This document shows, in pieces, positions 33,174-45,765 of a stretch of 64,000 bases of DNA (the stretch's first letter is position 1; the number at the start of each line of letters is the position of its first letter). The stretch covers positions 434,001 to 498,000 of the forward strand of contig NW_026515684.1 of assembly GCF_025526975.1 (NCBI RefSeq). Direction: 5' to 3'. The DNA comes from Fimicolochytrium jonesii. Lineage: Eukaryota. The position numbers and the translations under genes were made by a program. A model generated the notes under the pieces. The model was not told where the DNA came from and made no database searches. It was given only the letters and a program-made list of their open reading frames with translations.

Positions 33174-35438
33174 TCAAAAACACTTCACGATCATCCCCCC
33201 GACCTCGGACATGAGCACCAATGGCCAGCTCCATAGTTTCCACACGATCCAGACTGCGGAGCCTACGACGCCGGTTGCGGTTGTTGTCCAGGTGAGGATG
33301 CGGAGGCGCCAGGTGTCGGGGGGTTGGGCGGGATGGGGTTGTTTTTGAAGGTGGCGCGGTATGGAGGTGTCGGGTTTTGAGGGGGGTGGTGAGGGCGGGA
33401 GTGGGGATGCATCGGTGGCACTGTCCCGTTCCATTTTCCGCTGAAACTGCCTCGTGAACTCGAAATCAAAGTATTCTTGTTCCGCACGCGCCTGTTTACT
33501 CGTGATGTAATCCGTCGATCGAGGCGTGTTCGCTCCGCTATTATCGATTTCCGCAGTTGATGTCCGGCTCCTGCTCCCGACGGGCGAAGAGGGAGGTTGT
33601 GGTGAATGCTGCGGGGATGGTTTGACGATCTGTACGAGGCAGAGGAGGTGCCGGCTCATATCGCTTGGGTCGGGGGATTCGTTCCCGGGTGCGGGGCACG
33701 GACCGACGGTGAAGTGCACCCATGTCGATGGGGGAGGGAATGGTGGGTGGGATATGTGGGGAGAAGGTGATGAGGAATTCTGTGATGAGGTCGAATTTTG
33801 TTGTGCGGCGTTCTCGTCCTGTGGTGGCTTCATGTCAGATAGTGACTGCGTCGAAACTGCTGGCCGCAGATCAGGGGACGGTAGGAATGGGCCTGGCGGT
33901 AACTCTGTAATGCTCTGCCTTCTCGACAAAGACCGGGGTGGCGGTGGTAGAGGCGGGGTCACTAAGCCTCGCGAACTATCGTGGTTCCAAGGAAAACTGT
34001 TATGGCGAGAACGGGTCGAGTCCCGATCTGGCGTCCAGAGATGGCCGAGGCGCGGCTCGGTATTTGAGGACGCGAACACCGATGACATTGTGGGAGTCGT
34101 CGACCTGTCCACGTCAGCAGTGACGGAAGTAGTTCGACCGGGTGAAGCGTTTGGAGACGAAGGGTCAGATAACAGCAGCTGCTGCAGCGGATCCATGTCT
34201 GACGATATCGTGGAAGTTGAGTGGTGGCGTTGTAATGGTAGGGGCAATGGCGATAATGGCGCCGAAGGTGCGAATGCGGAACAGGAGGCGGACATGGATG
34301 CGAACGAGCTCGCCCGGGAATTGACTCTCGCGGTGATGTACGCTTGGATCTCCGCCAGCCGCTCTTCAGTCTCAGGATCCACGTCGTCTTCCTGTTCTTT
34401 TTCCGGATCGCTCTCCTCATTTACTACGGTTTCCTGGCTGCCTAGGCTGTTATGATTTGTGCCTGTCTCCTCTGTCGTCGGATTGCTCTTAACCGTTTCG
34501 TGGGTCTCTATCTCGAGCCATGTATTCCACGTCCACCTGACCATGAAGACGGCATAACCGAACGGTCTGCACGCGCGGCTGAGACTTCTGCAAAGTTCTG
34601 GCACATCTTCTTGGACGATAAAGCGCATGAGGAAACGGTTGAGCAGGAGCTGCGTATCTTGACCCAGGAACGAGGTCATGGGAAACGACTGGATGATCCG
34701 CCCAAAACAGTTCAAGCGCAGCACGATTGTTTGAGTTTCCGGCGGTCGCTGGTCAGGTATGCTTCTCGGTATCGAACGGCCCGCATCGTCCGTTGATGCG
34801 CCTTCCTCACCCTCGTCTTCCGCAAAACCGGGCGGAATCTCATCTCGTTCGACCTTCACAGCGACGCAGAGGTTCCGAACATGGGTCACATCGTCCATGA
34901 ACCATAGTACATGGGTGGGGACGGTGTTGGCGTATTCGTTCACGCGATGCCCGCACGCCTGAACATAGAGGCACCCGCTGTTGTCCTCCTCCTTCTCTCC
35001 TGCATCGGCCGCGCCGGCAGCAGCCGCCCCTCTCCTCCGCGGCAGGAAGGGCGAGTTTGATATCGGCCGTGGGAGAATTCGGCATAATGTCAGCTTCTGC
35101 AGGACACATTGCGGGTTGTTTTGCTTCGCTGTCGCGTTCGTGGAAGCATCCACTATCTGCACAAAGTCGCTCCATTTTTGTCCGACAACCAGAGTCGAAG
35201 TGTGCGATGGTCCGTGTGGGTTGGAGTTCAGGAACGCGAAAGCGTCAACGTCGGTAGACGGAGCGAGCAGCAGTCGTAACGCGTGGGTAGAGGCCGATAT
35301 TATCGTTCCCGTTTCGTAGTCGACAACCACCACCGCGTTCGTTGAGATTGGGCAAGAGGCGAGGGAATGAACACTTGGGTGAGGGCGATGGGTGTGATGG
35401 CGTGGTTGGGCCATTGGATGGGAGGTCGTCGCTTCCAT
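33174..35438 (-). CDS. Single-exon protein with PAS-like domains, a disordered middle and a C-terminal hydrophobic segment
   Basis: ~750-aa ORF; VVVVDYETGTIISAS and VLRLNCFGRII..FLGQ..LLNRFLMRFIVQEDV resemble PAS folds; C-terminal GVVGSAVWIVWKLWSWPLVLM. Confidence 0.65.
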   Translation of the reverse strand: MEATTSHPMAQPRHHTHRPHPSVHSLASCPISTNAVVVVDYETGTIISASTHALRLLLAPSTDVDAFAFLNSNPHGPSHTSTLVVGQKWSDFVQIVDASTNATAKQNNPQCVLQKLTLCRILPRPISNSPFLPRRRGAAAAGAADAGEKEEDNSGCLYVQACGHRVNEYANTVPTHVLWFMDDVTHVRNLCVAVKVERDEIPPGFAEDEGEEGASTDDAGRSIPRSIPDQRPPETQTIVLRLNCFGRIIQSFPMTSFLGQDTQLLLNRFLMRFIVQEDVPELCRSLSRACRPFGYAVFMVRWTWNTWLEIETHETVKSNPTTEETGTNHNSLGSQETVVNEESDPEKEQEDDVDPETEERLAEIQAYITARVNSRASSFASMSASCSAFAPSAPLSPLPLPLQRHHSTSTISSDMDPLQQLLLSDPSSPNASPGRTTSVTADVDRSTTPTMSSVFASSNTEPRLGHLWTPDRDSTRSRHNSFPWNHDSSRGLVTPPLPPPPRSLSRRQSITELPPGPFLPSPDLRPAVSTQSLSDMKPPQDENAAQQNSTSSQNSSSPSPHISHPPFPPPSTWVHFTVGPCPAPGNESPDPSDMSRHLLCLVQIVKPSPQHSPQPPSSPVGSRSRTSTAEIDNSGANTPRSTDYITSKQARAEQEYFDFEFTRQFQRKMERDSATDASPLPPSPPPSKPDTSIPRHLQKQPHPAQPPDTWRLRILTWTTTATGVVGSAVWIVWKLWSWPLVLMSEVGGMIVKCF

Positions 35439-36073
35439 CGCGGCTGGCTTTTCTACCTTCCAACCCAACACGGAGCCTCTCCAACCGCTCGACGCCGGTG
35501 CTCTTCACACAGCACCAGGGCAAGTCGTGAGAATAACCCGTCCGTTATGGAATGAAATCCTGTACAGAAGTTTGAGTTTCAGAAAGAAATGCAGTCGCAT
35601 ACGCAGCTTGGGAATGCGGATATCGTACGGCTGAAGGTTTGGAAGGCAGGTTGAATACGCGGAGTATGGCCCTCGTCCTTCTTACCCCAAGGGACTCTCC
35701 TCGTAGCTGTGTTTTGTTATGCGGGTATAGAGTGCGTACATAAGATACGAGCTTGTGCCGACAGCGTACGAGCCCAAGTTCTGTTTGGGAGCGAGCGAGA
35801 GGTTTTTTGTCACGGGGGGGGGGGGGGGGGGGGTTTGCTGAATCCGTTTAATCCGTGTAATCAGACGGGCTGCTGCACTCGGCCTTTGAATTTACTTTAG
35901 GCGCGCCATTAGAAGACGTCGGCACGTGGTGGATTCTGGACCATCATTGTTGTTGAGAATTGGCAGCAGGAGAACCTTCCGGGGGAAACGCCTTCCGCGC
36001 TGCCCATCCCAAACAGCAACAGCAACAGCAACAGCAACGCATCTCACCTGGTACACCCTCACCACACGGCGCA

Positions 36074-36550
36074 ATGGTGGTCTTGACAGTTCTGAGTAAC
36101 AAGGAAGAGGTAACGCTACACTGCGTCGTTCGTGGATAGTTGCCGATTCTCACCACTCAGGGGTGTGGTGGGCTGGTCTCTCACGCGCCTGCTTCCGCCA
36201 GGAGCTAATCCACAACGAGCTCAAAAAGAATGCGCTGTCGCAATGCTCCCGGCTTGTGCAAGGTTCGTAAAGCAAAGCTCAAACGTTCCCCAGTCCAAGC
36301 TCGCTCCTACGTCCGAGCTGAATCTACACCCCCGCCCCGTCCAGAACTCGTTGCCTGCACAAAAGTCCGCACAATAACAGTCTACTGGGCCTGCAAAGAC
36401 CAAACCGCCGCGCTCAACAAATGCCTGGCGCCATACACCACCGAAAACGAGCGCGACAAGCTACGCGAGAAGCATATCGCGTTGAAGAACGAGTGGATCG
36501 CCGCCGGGAAGCCGCTGCAGGAAAAGCCGGGGAGAGGAGCGGGGAAGTAG
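36074..36550 (+). CDS. CMC1: Twin CX9C COX-assembly protein (Cmc1 family), 3 exons
   Basis: Spliced product MVVLTVLSNKEEELIHNELKKNALSQCSRLVQELVACTKVRTITVYWACKDQTAALNKCL has two CX9C motifs; introns 36110-36201 and ~36263-36344. Confidence 0.85.
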
Positions 36551-37543
36551 GGCATCCAGCGGGGGGCGTGATGACTGTTGCGAAAGGGGAAAGATGAGGG
36601 AGCTATTGGCCGGACCAGCTTCCGATCGAAACATCACCGACATCGAACCAGGGCGTAGCCGCACGGTAACATATCGCGGAGAACCATAGAACGGCGGAAC
36701 ATCTTACCCAATACCTAGCGGTCGATGGGGGGGAGGGGAGGGGGGGGGGGGGGGGGGGGGGGGGGGAAGGGGGGGACACGCCGGGTACTTCTTTCGAATG
36801 GACAGCGAGGCTGGCGCGGATGGGATCGTACCATAGACACCCTCTAGCCTCTCAAATTCCATAGACTCCCTTCTGCGAGAGACGATTGGAGATGATTCCC
36901 AGACAGACGGGGCACAAAGCTCCGGAATGCTGATGGAGGATTCTGGGCCAGATAGTAGCCGTCTGGGATTGTCGGGAGGTCGAAAAAGCCGAGTTTTATT
37001 CCCGGTATTCCGGTGGCAGCTGTACATGTTTCTATCACATCCGGAAAATTATCGCAATTCATCGTCCCCCTGTCGCTTCAGGCCAGTCCGTACAGTCCTC
37101 CCATTGTTGTCTCCTCAGGATGTTCCATCTGGACCCGCATAATGACCTCCCACACGCAAATCCCCAGAAGAACAAAATATCAGATGTTTCGAGATGATAA
37201 TCATCATATTATGAAATCAGAAACGAAGAAAGAGAGAAATATAGGGGATAGGGGGGGGGGGAGGGGGGGGGGGCGGTACGATGAATGTGCTATTATAATT
37301 GTGAATCGGGGTTGTCGTGTATCAAAAGTATAATGTGAGAGAAAAGGTGGGGAGAACCGTATTATGGGGAATGAATCAGAGAGGTGTGTTCGTCCACCAG
37401 GTTTGGGTGGGGGCAGCTAACGCGCCCTCAAATCTATATGGTAAGAATAAATATGGGGCGGCAGTGGGGGGTGGCCAAAAGCCGATCGGTCAACGATTGG
37501 CGTGTTGAGGGGGCGTGTGCATGCGGCGTGGGGGCTAGACGTC

Positions 37544-39388
37544 TCAGAGGTCCGTCCACGGTCTGTCCTTGTCGCCAACCACCACGACCACATGGTCCGA
37601 TTTCGCAGCAGCGTTGTTGCTTTTCACGGTTGCGCACTCGCCCGAACATGGGTACCCACGACACTCGCACATCTCCCCAGCAGACGACGACGTTACAGTC
37701 GTATCGCTCGCATCGCTGTCCTCGCGTCTGTGCCGTTGCCGTTTGGTTTTCATCCACGTGCTCTTCTTTGCTAATAACGGTGACGGGACGAGTGACACCG
37801 TTGCGGACGTTGCGGGCGATGAGGGGACGGAGGTGTACTGCTTTGCGGGGAAGGGTGATGTGGCGCGGCGTTGGCGGCGAAGGTAGCGGAGCTTGAGGAG
37901 GGCGAGGAAGGCGATCAGGGTGAGGGAGATGAGCATGAGAGTTTGGAGAGGGACGATGTCCGTGTTTGCGGGTTCGGTATGAGAGGGGAGGGTGTGGTGT
38001 GCGGGGTGATCTGGTGGGGATGGCGAGGTTATTGGTGCGGGCGCGGGGATTTCGGGGACGGTGGATTCGGGTAGTGGGATGTGTTCGGACGCGGGTAGAG
38101 CGGGCGCATCGCCGGTCTGTATCTTCTTCTCCGTGCCAAAGATCGGCACCTTCTTCAACCACTTGCCCAACTTGACAAACATCTTTGCGTCGCCTTGGTG
38201 CCATGAGCTGGCGCCCAGATGCCTGAACAACGGGGTGTTGACCTTGCCGCTAAGACGATTCCGTTGTCCGCCAAGGACTTTGAGCTCGTCGCGCTCTGGG
38301 AAGATGTTGTGCAGCGCGGAGATGTAGGTGCAGCCGGTGCTGAACATCACACTTGCGTATGGCGAGATAAAATACTGGTTGAACAGCTGCAAGTTGTCAA
38401 TCACGTTGGCGATGAAGCGTGACTTGGCTGGGACCATGATGAAACCGTTGGAGACGCCGATGGGGTGTGCGGCGTTGGCAAGGAATGGGAATCTAAATGG
38501 AAGAGAGGATGGTGAGCACATAGTCTTCCAAGGTGCGGATACTGTCCATACGTGTACTCACTTCCTCAAAGGGTCCAACGACCTCCGGCACATCAGGTCC
38601 ATGTCCAAGTATGTTCCACCATACGTGTACAACACAAGATATCTCAACGAGTCCGCTTTCTGGATGTTGAACCTGTAATTCATCCACGTTTCCCAAAACC
38701 ACGCATGCTCCTCCTTAATAAACTTCTCCGCTGCCGCGTCATCCCAATACATCCGTTTCCAATGTGGGTGAATGACGCTGCATGCGTTCGCAGCCTGTAA
38801 CCATTGCTTTGGGGGCTCGGTTTTCATGCCGATGGCGATGTGGTGAAGAATGGGTGGGATAATGAGATCGGACGCCGGTACTGGTGGTCCCCAGTCGAGC
38901 GCCTTTTCGGATGCCTGGATGTACGTTTGCGCCGAGGTGCGGGTGAAGGGTAGTTTGTCGAGCTCGATCAGCTGGGATAGTCGTGGCTCGGTTGACGATG
39001 CTGGTGGTGGGAGGTCTGTGACTCCTGCTTCCGCCGCTGCTTGCCTTGCAGCGTTCTCCTGCACCTCGACTTCCAGCTCTACCGACTCAGCCTCCTGCTT
39101 GAGCTCCTTCACGACCTCCTCAACGTTCTCGCCTGCGACAACCCTCCTCGCAATGGCAAGGTACGCCAAATCGACATCTGGTGGTGGCGGTGCCAGCCCA
39201 TCCAAATCCCTCGTTAACCCATCGTCGTTTGACCCAATGAAATTGACTGGCTTGAGATTCCACGTTATGAAACAGTTGGCAATGACCCCCATGCAATACA
39301 GCCAGTTGCGGTAGACAACGACTAGAGTCGCCGTGGCAGCGAGTACCACGTAGCGCGGCCGTAAACGGCGAATAGATGATATCCGCAT
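37544..39388 (-). CDS. GT32 glycosyltransferase, MIPC-synthase (SUR1/CSH1)-like
   Basis: IPPILHH, IQKADSLRYLVLYTYGGTYLDMD (DXD), PIGVSNGF and VMFSTG; intron 38493-38561; N- and C-terminal TM segments. Confidence 0.88.
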
Positions 39389-41487
39389 GTCTGATCTACC
39401 CGCGTTGAGTGTATGGTCTTATATACGCGTTTGTCGTGTCGAAGTTCAAGCAAGTCGGATGTGTCAAGTTTGACGGCGTACAAGGTATACTGTCAAACTC
39501 TAGACCTCACGTTGGCAGGGGGTCGACAAGGGAGACGACGAACGGTGTGAGGGACAAGCAGGGGTGGATAGGCTGTCTGCGGAGACGGTATTCGGAGAGC
39601 GCGTTGCGTCCTCGCTTTATATCAGTGGAATGGGCCCACCTCAATGATTCCTGTCATAAAGAAAAAAATAGCTATGAGAAAGAGTGCTTTTGCCCAGAAA
39701 TGGTAGCGGAGTCTGGGCGCCTCGTAGCGCTTGGATCGGGGCCCGGGGCGCTTAGGAAATAGGGAACATCAACAAGCTCAAGCCTGAATGGGATCCTCTC
39801 AATGAGGCCAGACCCGTGGGAAAGGCACAATGTCATGGCAAGCACGAGCGTCAGAGCCAAGCGAAAGCTTATGGCTCATAGAGTGCGATCGGAGCTGATC
39901 CGAACAGAATAGCGACACCGTACCCCACAGCCGAGTCCACCCCATGTAATTATGGTGCGTATGCTACTCCTTTGGGCGACTTCACTTACCTATTGGCGAT
40001 ATGCCAAGAATCGGAGTTTATTTACCGAGACTTGGTGGTAGAGACGTTCAATTGGCTATGTAGCATAAAGGAAGAGGAGTCAGTGGAGAACTTGGAGAGC
40101 GCCAGTGAGCGGCAGGCAGGGCAATGCTGCGACGGGATACTAGGACAGGACAATATAGTACGTACGTCAGCTTGCTCAGCAAATGTTCCCACGTGTGCGG
40201 AATTTCTCGACCTCTAGCAACGTTGACGAAGTGGAATTCAATTGGGTGGTGGCGGCCGGGGTTATATGTACCGACTGTGGGCTGGGAGGCGGAGAGCGGA
40301 ATGGCAACGCTGCCGACTGTTGTGTAGCGGGATAAGGGGGGGGGGGGGGGGGGGGGGGGAAGGGCAGCTTTCCAGGATGTTCCCAAGGAGGAGTGCGAGT
40401 GGGGTTGTTGGTTGAGGAGGGGGGGGGGGGGGGGCCTAAGAGCGTAGGGTCATGTCTGCAATAAGAACAATACGTCGCCGAGAACGCTTGGCGTCTGTCC
40501 CGTTGCGCAAAATGTGGCAGCGTACAGGACAGAGGAATTGCAGCCGGCGGTGACTGGTAGCGAGCGGCCAGGCCCCCGTCCGCCCGTCATGTCCATTGAG
40601 TGAGGGGGCAAAAGTTGGGCCGCAGCGCGCCCAGGCTCCGAGGATTCCACGATTCACACGCCCGCAGCACCCACCATACCATGATGAACAACATGAACTA
40701 CTACTAACTACTACGGGCTGTGAGAGAAAAAACTTCATGCTCCAGGCTCACAGGATCGCCACCCAATCATTGGATGTTGTTTCCACCTTCATATCTATAT
40801 AGCCTCTCTTAGTCCCGCTCTAATCAAAATGGACCCTCATCGGCAGACTCATGCATGGCTGATTCAGTGATTCCACCACCCATGCCTTGAAACCCGGGAC
40901 TGGGAATTCCGTGCCACCATGATGTTGTGGGGAAATTCACGCCGAAACCTCAAAGCCTCTCTCTCTCAAGACTCAATTCGCCGTTCGGAGCCTGGGCGGA
41001 TCCAAATCGAATGCAAATCCGTCGCGCATCATCATCAAAAGCTGTTTCAGCAGTGAGCACTACTCTTCTATTTGTGGCCGTAGCATTTTTCGATGTGCGC
41101 CGCCCGATTGGTGGCCGCTCTGTTCCGTTCTCCCAATTGAGCCCTTAAAACTGAACGTGAAGTCACGTGCGAGGACGAGATCGCAGCCGTATGGACTTTC
41201 GTTCCTCGATGGTTAGGGTTAAGGGTATAGGGCTGGGTGTCGATGATCTCACCGCTTTTTGACTGCACCAAAACCACGCATCGTGAAGATCAAAAAAGAC
41301 ATCTTGCACGTCGGCTGCTACATATCTTATATAGCGACAAGAAAGTTGGGGGGCTGGGAGGAGAGTGCAGTAAAAGGGAATATGTTGCTGGCCCCTGTGA
41401 CAATCCTCGTTCCCTACCTTTCACTCCGAGTGTTGGCGCGGCTGTATATGTACCGGGATACGGAAGGTCTGCACCTCAACTAACGTC

Positions 41488-44400
41488 ATGCCCAGAAAGA
41501 AACCAAACAGTGCCAGTCTGAAGGCCGATAGCGGCAACGCCGAGGCGGAAGAAGAACCGGCGATACCCACTCCTTTCTCCGCAACCCCGCTCCCAGCCAC
41601 ATCCGCCGACCATGAACTCCAAATGGATTCCGTAGACAGCCCGGGCTCCATCGAAGCGATCCACCCCCACTTTGACCCAGCGTCTGTAGAAGCAACCCTT
41701 CTCGAAGCGATCGATAATAGGAGCGATGCGGCGAGCTCGGATAGGAGTGATACGGGAGTAGGGGAGGAGGAAAGGCAGTCGAGGACGCCGGAGAACCTTG
41801 TTGCGAAGGAGCATATCTTGGAACGCGCTGAGGAAATTGCGACTGTGACGTTCAAGAAAGCGAGATCGCCTGAGCGGCAGGCAAAGGAAGAGAGGGAGGG
41901 TGGTGTGAAAAGCGACGACGGCAATTGGTCTGCGGGAGGCAAGGGTATTGTCTCACATACATTGGACGAGAACGATGTGGATGAAGAGAGGGGTCGGGAA
42001 ATGCCATTGACGTTGGCTCAACAGGGAGTTGGAACCAGTGAAAACCCCGAAGAGGATGATGATGAGGAGGAGAGCGAAGAAGAAGAGGATGAAGAGGAAG
42101 ATGAAGATGAAGAGGAGGAGGAGGAAGAGGAGGAAGATGATGAAGAGGAAGAAGAGGGAGACGAGAAAGCTGACGCAGACGAGGAGGAAGTAAGCGGAGA
42201 CGCAGGGATGAAGAGCCAAGACAATGACGAAGATGAGGAAGACGAGCCAAAGCTTAAATACGAGCGACTGGCCGGAACTCTCAGCGAAACCTTGAAAAAG
42301 GACGCCGTGAGTTCCATGTCCGTCTCCGACCGGTTTCTGGCTCTCGGGACACATTGGGGCGTTGTGCACATTCTCGATCTCATAGGGACGGAGGTCAAGC
42401 AGTACCGGTCACACTCAGCCACGATCAACTCACTGAGCATTGATACCAACGGCGAATATGTCGCTAGTGCGTCTGATGATGGCAAGGTAGTCATCAACAG
42501 CCTCTATACCTCCGAGAACCAAATCATCAACTACAAACGACCGGTCAAAGCGATCGCCCTAGAGCCTGACTACAGCAAGAAAAGTACGCGACAGTTCGTA
42601 TCAGGCGGCATGGCCGAAGTCCTGAGCATGTCCGGCAAAGGCTGGTTTGGAACCCGGGACGCGACGATCAGCTCCGGCGAAGGGCCCATCTACTCCGTCC
42701 TCTGGCGCGAGAATTTCATCGCCTGGGCCAACGAAGCCGGCGTCAAAATCTACGACGTAGCCGCGCAACAAAAATTCGCCTACGTCGACCGGCCCCCCAA
42801 CAGCCCACGCGCCGACCTCTTCCGCTGCCACCTCGTCTGGAAATCCGACACTCAGCTCCTGATCGGGTGGGCAGACAGCGTCAAACTCTGCGTCATCAAA
42901 GAACGCTCCAAAATGGACATCTCGTCGGGCTTACCCTCCCGCTACGTCGAGATCGTCTGTCAGTTCAGGACCGAATTCATCATCAGCGGCATAGCGCCCT
43001 TCGACACCGACATCGTCCTCCTCGCCTACATGGCCGACATGACCGCCTTCAAAAACGTCGACGTCATCCAATCAGGCCCTGCAAAGCGATCCAAAGCAAA
43101 GCCTCCCGAAATCCACATCGTCACACCTACCGGCCAAACAGTTGCCACAGACGTCCTCTCCCTCTTCGGCTACGAGCTCTACAATGCGAACGATTACAGA
43201 CTCGAATACCTCCCGGCGAGTGGCAACCCGGCCGATAACACCTTTTACATCGTCTCACCAAAAGACATTGTCGTCGCGAAACCGCGGGATCTAGATGACC
43301 ACGTCGAGTGGCTCGTCGAACGCAAACGCTATGAGGAGGCCCTTTTGGCTGCTGAGAGCGCCGGGCCGAACCACGAGGGACGGCTGCAGGTGCATTCGAT
43401 CGTCAGTATTGGGTTGAAGTACCTGGAAACGCTGCTCGATGAAGGGCGGTTTGCGGAAGCCGCAGCCAGTTGTCGCAAGATCCTACGCACTGATGCGAAA
43501 TTGTGGGAAGACTGGATTGGGAAATACGCCGCTGCAGGGCAGTTGAACGTTATCTACACGTATATACCCACCCACGACCCGCAGTTGCCGCCGGAACTCT
43601 ATACCCGCGTCCTAGACTTTCTGCTGCATAACGACCTCCCAGCCCTCCGCGCCGTCCTCGACACATGGCAGGCACAAATCTACGACGTCGGAGCTATGGT
43701 CACCAGCGTCGAAGAGATGCTTGCGAAGGACACGGAAAACGACTTGTTGAGGGATATCGCCATACTGCTACATACCCACTACAAGAAATTCGACCGCGCG
43801 CTCTACTACGCACTCACCCTCCGCCGCCCTGACGCCCTTGACCTCGTCAAACAGCACAACCTGTACGCCTTCGTCCAAAACCACGCCCTCCTAGTCATGC
43901 AGTACGACGACTACGTAGTCACCACCGACCCGCACATCGCTAACGTGATTGAGAAGGCAATTGCGGCGTACGAAAAGGGGTCGTCAATGGCGTCGTTGGA
44001 TGCGGATGAGGGGGACGGGGTGACGGTGGAGCAACTGGGGGAGATTGGACGGGATGCGATGTTGGGGAGGGTGAGGGCTGCTGTGTTCCAGAAGGGGGTG
44101 GGGATTTTGGTCGAGTTTCCTGATCGGATTTTGGTGGGTTGGAGTCGGTTACTAACCATGTGAGTTGGAGACGTTTTCAGCTCACCTTTGACCTTCGGGT
44201 TTGATGAAACTAGGCACATCAAGTTGTGGAACAACTGAAACCGACAACAAAGTACCTGCATATCTTCCTCGACGCGCTGTTCCGCAGGAATCGGTTGGAG
44301 AATAGCGAGTTTCATCCCATGCAGGTGCGTGGCGTTTCCGAACCGCTGGATTATGCTGCTTTTCCTTCCCCATACGAAAGCTGAACAGTGCAGTTTTGTA

Positions 44401-45765
44401 GGTCGGCTTGTATGCGGAATACGATTATCCCCGCCTCATGGAGTTTCTAAGGACTAGTAGTTTTTACTCGGTGGAGAAGGTGCGTCATCGGCAAAAGCCA
44501 CCGGCTATATTCCAGTACGCGCGTGTCCCCTTACAATCAGTCTCCTAGGCGTATAAAACCTGCGAGCAGCGCGACCTCGTCCCCGAGATGGTCTTCCTGC
44601 TAGGCAAGATGGGCGACAATCGACGGGCGCTGAACTTGATTATTTCGCGGTTGGGTGATGTTAAGAGGGTGAGTAATCCCATCACCTCGCCTGGTATAAT
44701 GGAGGACGTGGGAACTGACTAGGCTCTTTGGTTGGGTAACAGGCTATAGAGTTTGCAAAGGAGCAGAACGATGAAGAGCTGTGGGAGGATTTGTTGACTT
44801 ATTCTATGGATAAACCCAGTACGTTTTGTCTCATCTCTCATGGCCATTACCAACCGCATAATGTTGACACTAAAAACGCCCTATCTTTCGCACAGTATTC
44901 ATCGTGGGCCTACTCGAACACCTGGGCTCCCATATCAACCCCGTCCGCCTGATCCGCCGCATCCCGGACGGGCTGGAGATTCCGGGACTGAAGGACGCTT
45001 TGATCAAGATTATGACTGATTATGGGATCCAGGTAACGTTTTTATGCGTCAGATAAGCTTCACTCGAAAGTGCCAAGGAATTGACGCCTTCACTCTCGAT
45101 TCGGAAAGATGTCCCTCCGCGAAGGCTGCGAAAAGATCCTTGTCAGCGATACCGTCTCCCTTCTCGAAACCCTCTACAAAGCGCAGCGGCGCGGCCTCAC
45201 GTTCACCGAAGATGTCGCGTGTTCGATCTGTGATATTCCGCTGGAGCGAGCGAGTACGGTCACGCCCGCGGCGGCTATGGAGGAGGATGTGGATGGGGAA
45301 CTGGAGGTGGAGAAGGCAACGATTGTCGTGTTTTTCTGTAGGCACGTGGTTCATAAAGGGTGTTTAAGGGCGCCTGTGGACGAGATGTCGCAGACCCGGG
45401 CGGGTGCGGATACACCAAGTAAAACAAGCGGCCGCGGGACACCGGTACAAGGAATCAGCAAACCTCCCACACCCGTCTACCCCCACTACCACCCCCGCGA
45501 CACAGACCGTGACCTTGCCATCCGCCGCGTCTACGACCGTCCTTCTCAAATCTCCACCCCCGCAAAAGCCCAACTTCTCTCCCCGTCCTCTGCATCTATA
45601 CCCACAATAGCCCTCTCGTCATTGGCGTCAGAGGGAGCACCACCGAGTAGGAAAACAAGGGTGTTGTCACTGGGATCCGGGCATGGGTTTAGGCCGCCGA
45701 AACCGGTGCTGGTGTGTCCGATTTGTAGACGGGATAAAGGGCCGAGGAGGGGGGTGGGGGTATGA
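41488..45765 (+). CDS. VPS41: HOPS subunit Vps41 (beta-propeller, clathrin-repeat solenoid, RING)
   Basis: EPKLKYERL, LALGTHWG, ASASDDG, IVSPKDIVVAKPRDLDDHVEWL, LYAEYD, PEMVFLLGKMG, AIEFAKEQNDEELWEDL and MSLREGC; about six short introns between 44134 and 45108. Confidence 0.96.

Noticed and set aside
36704..37140. Short ORFs between CMC1 and the GT32 gene
   Set aside because: No recognisable motifs or splice pattern; one ORF runs through poly-G.
39400..41480. Possible ncRNA or tRNA in the 2-kb divergent intergenic region
   Set aside because: No cloverleaf or A/B box found by eye.
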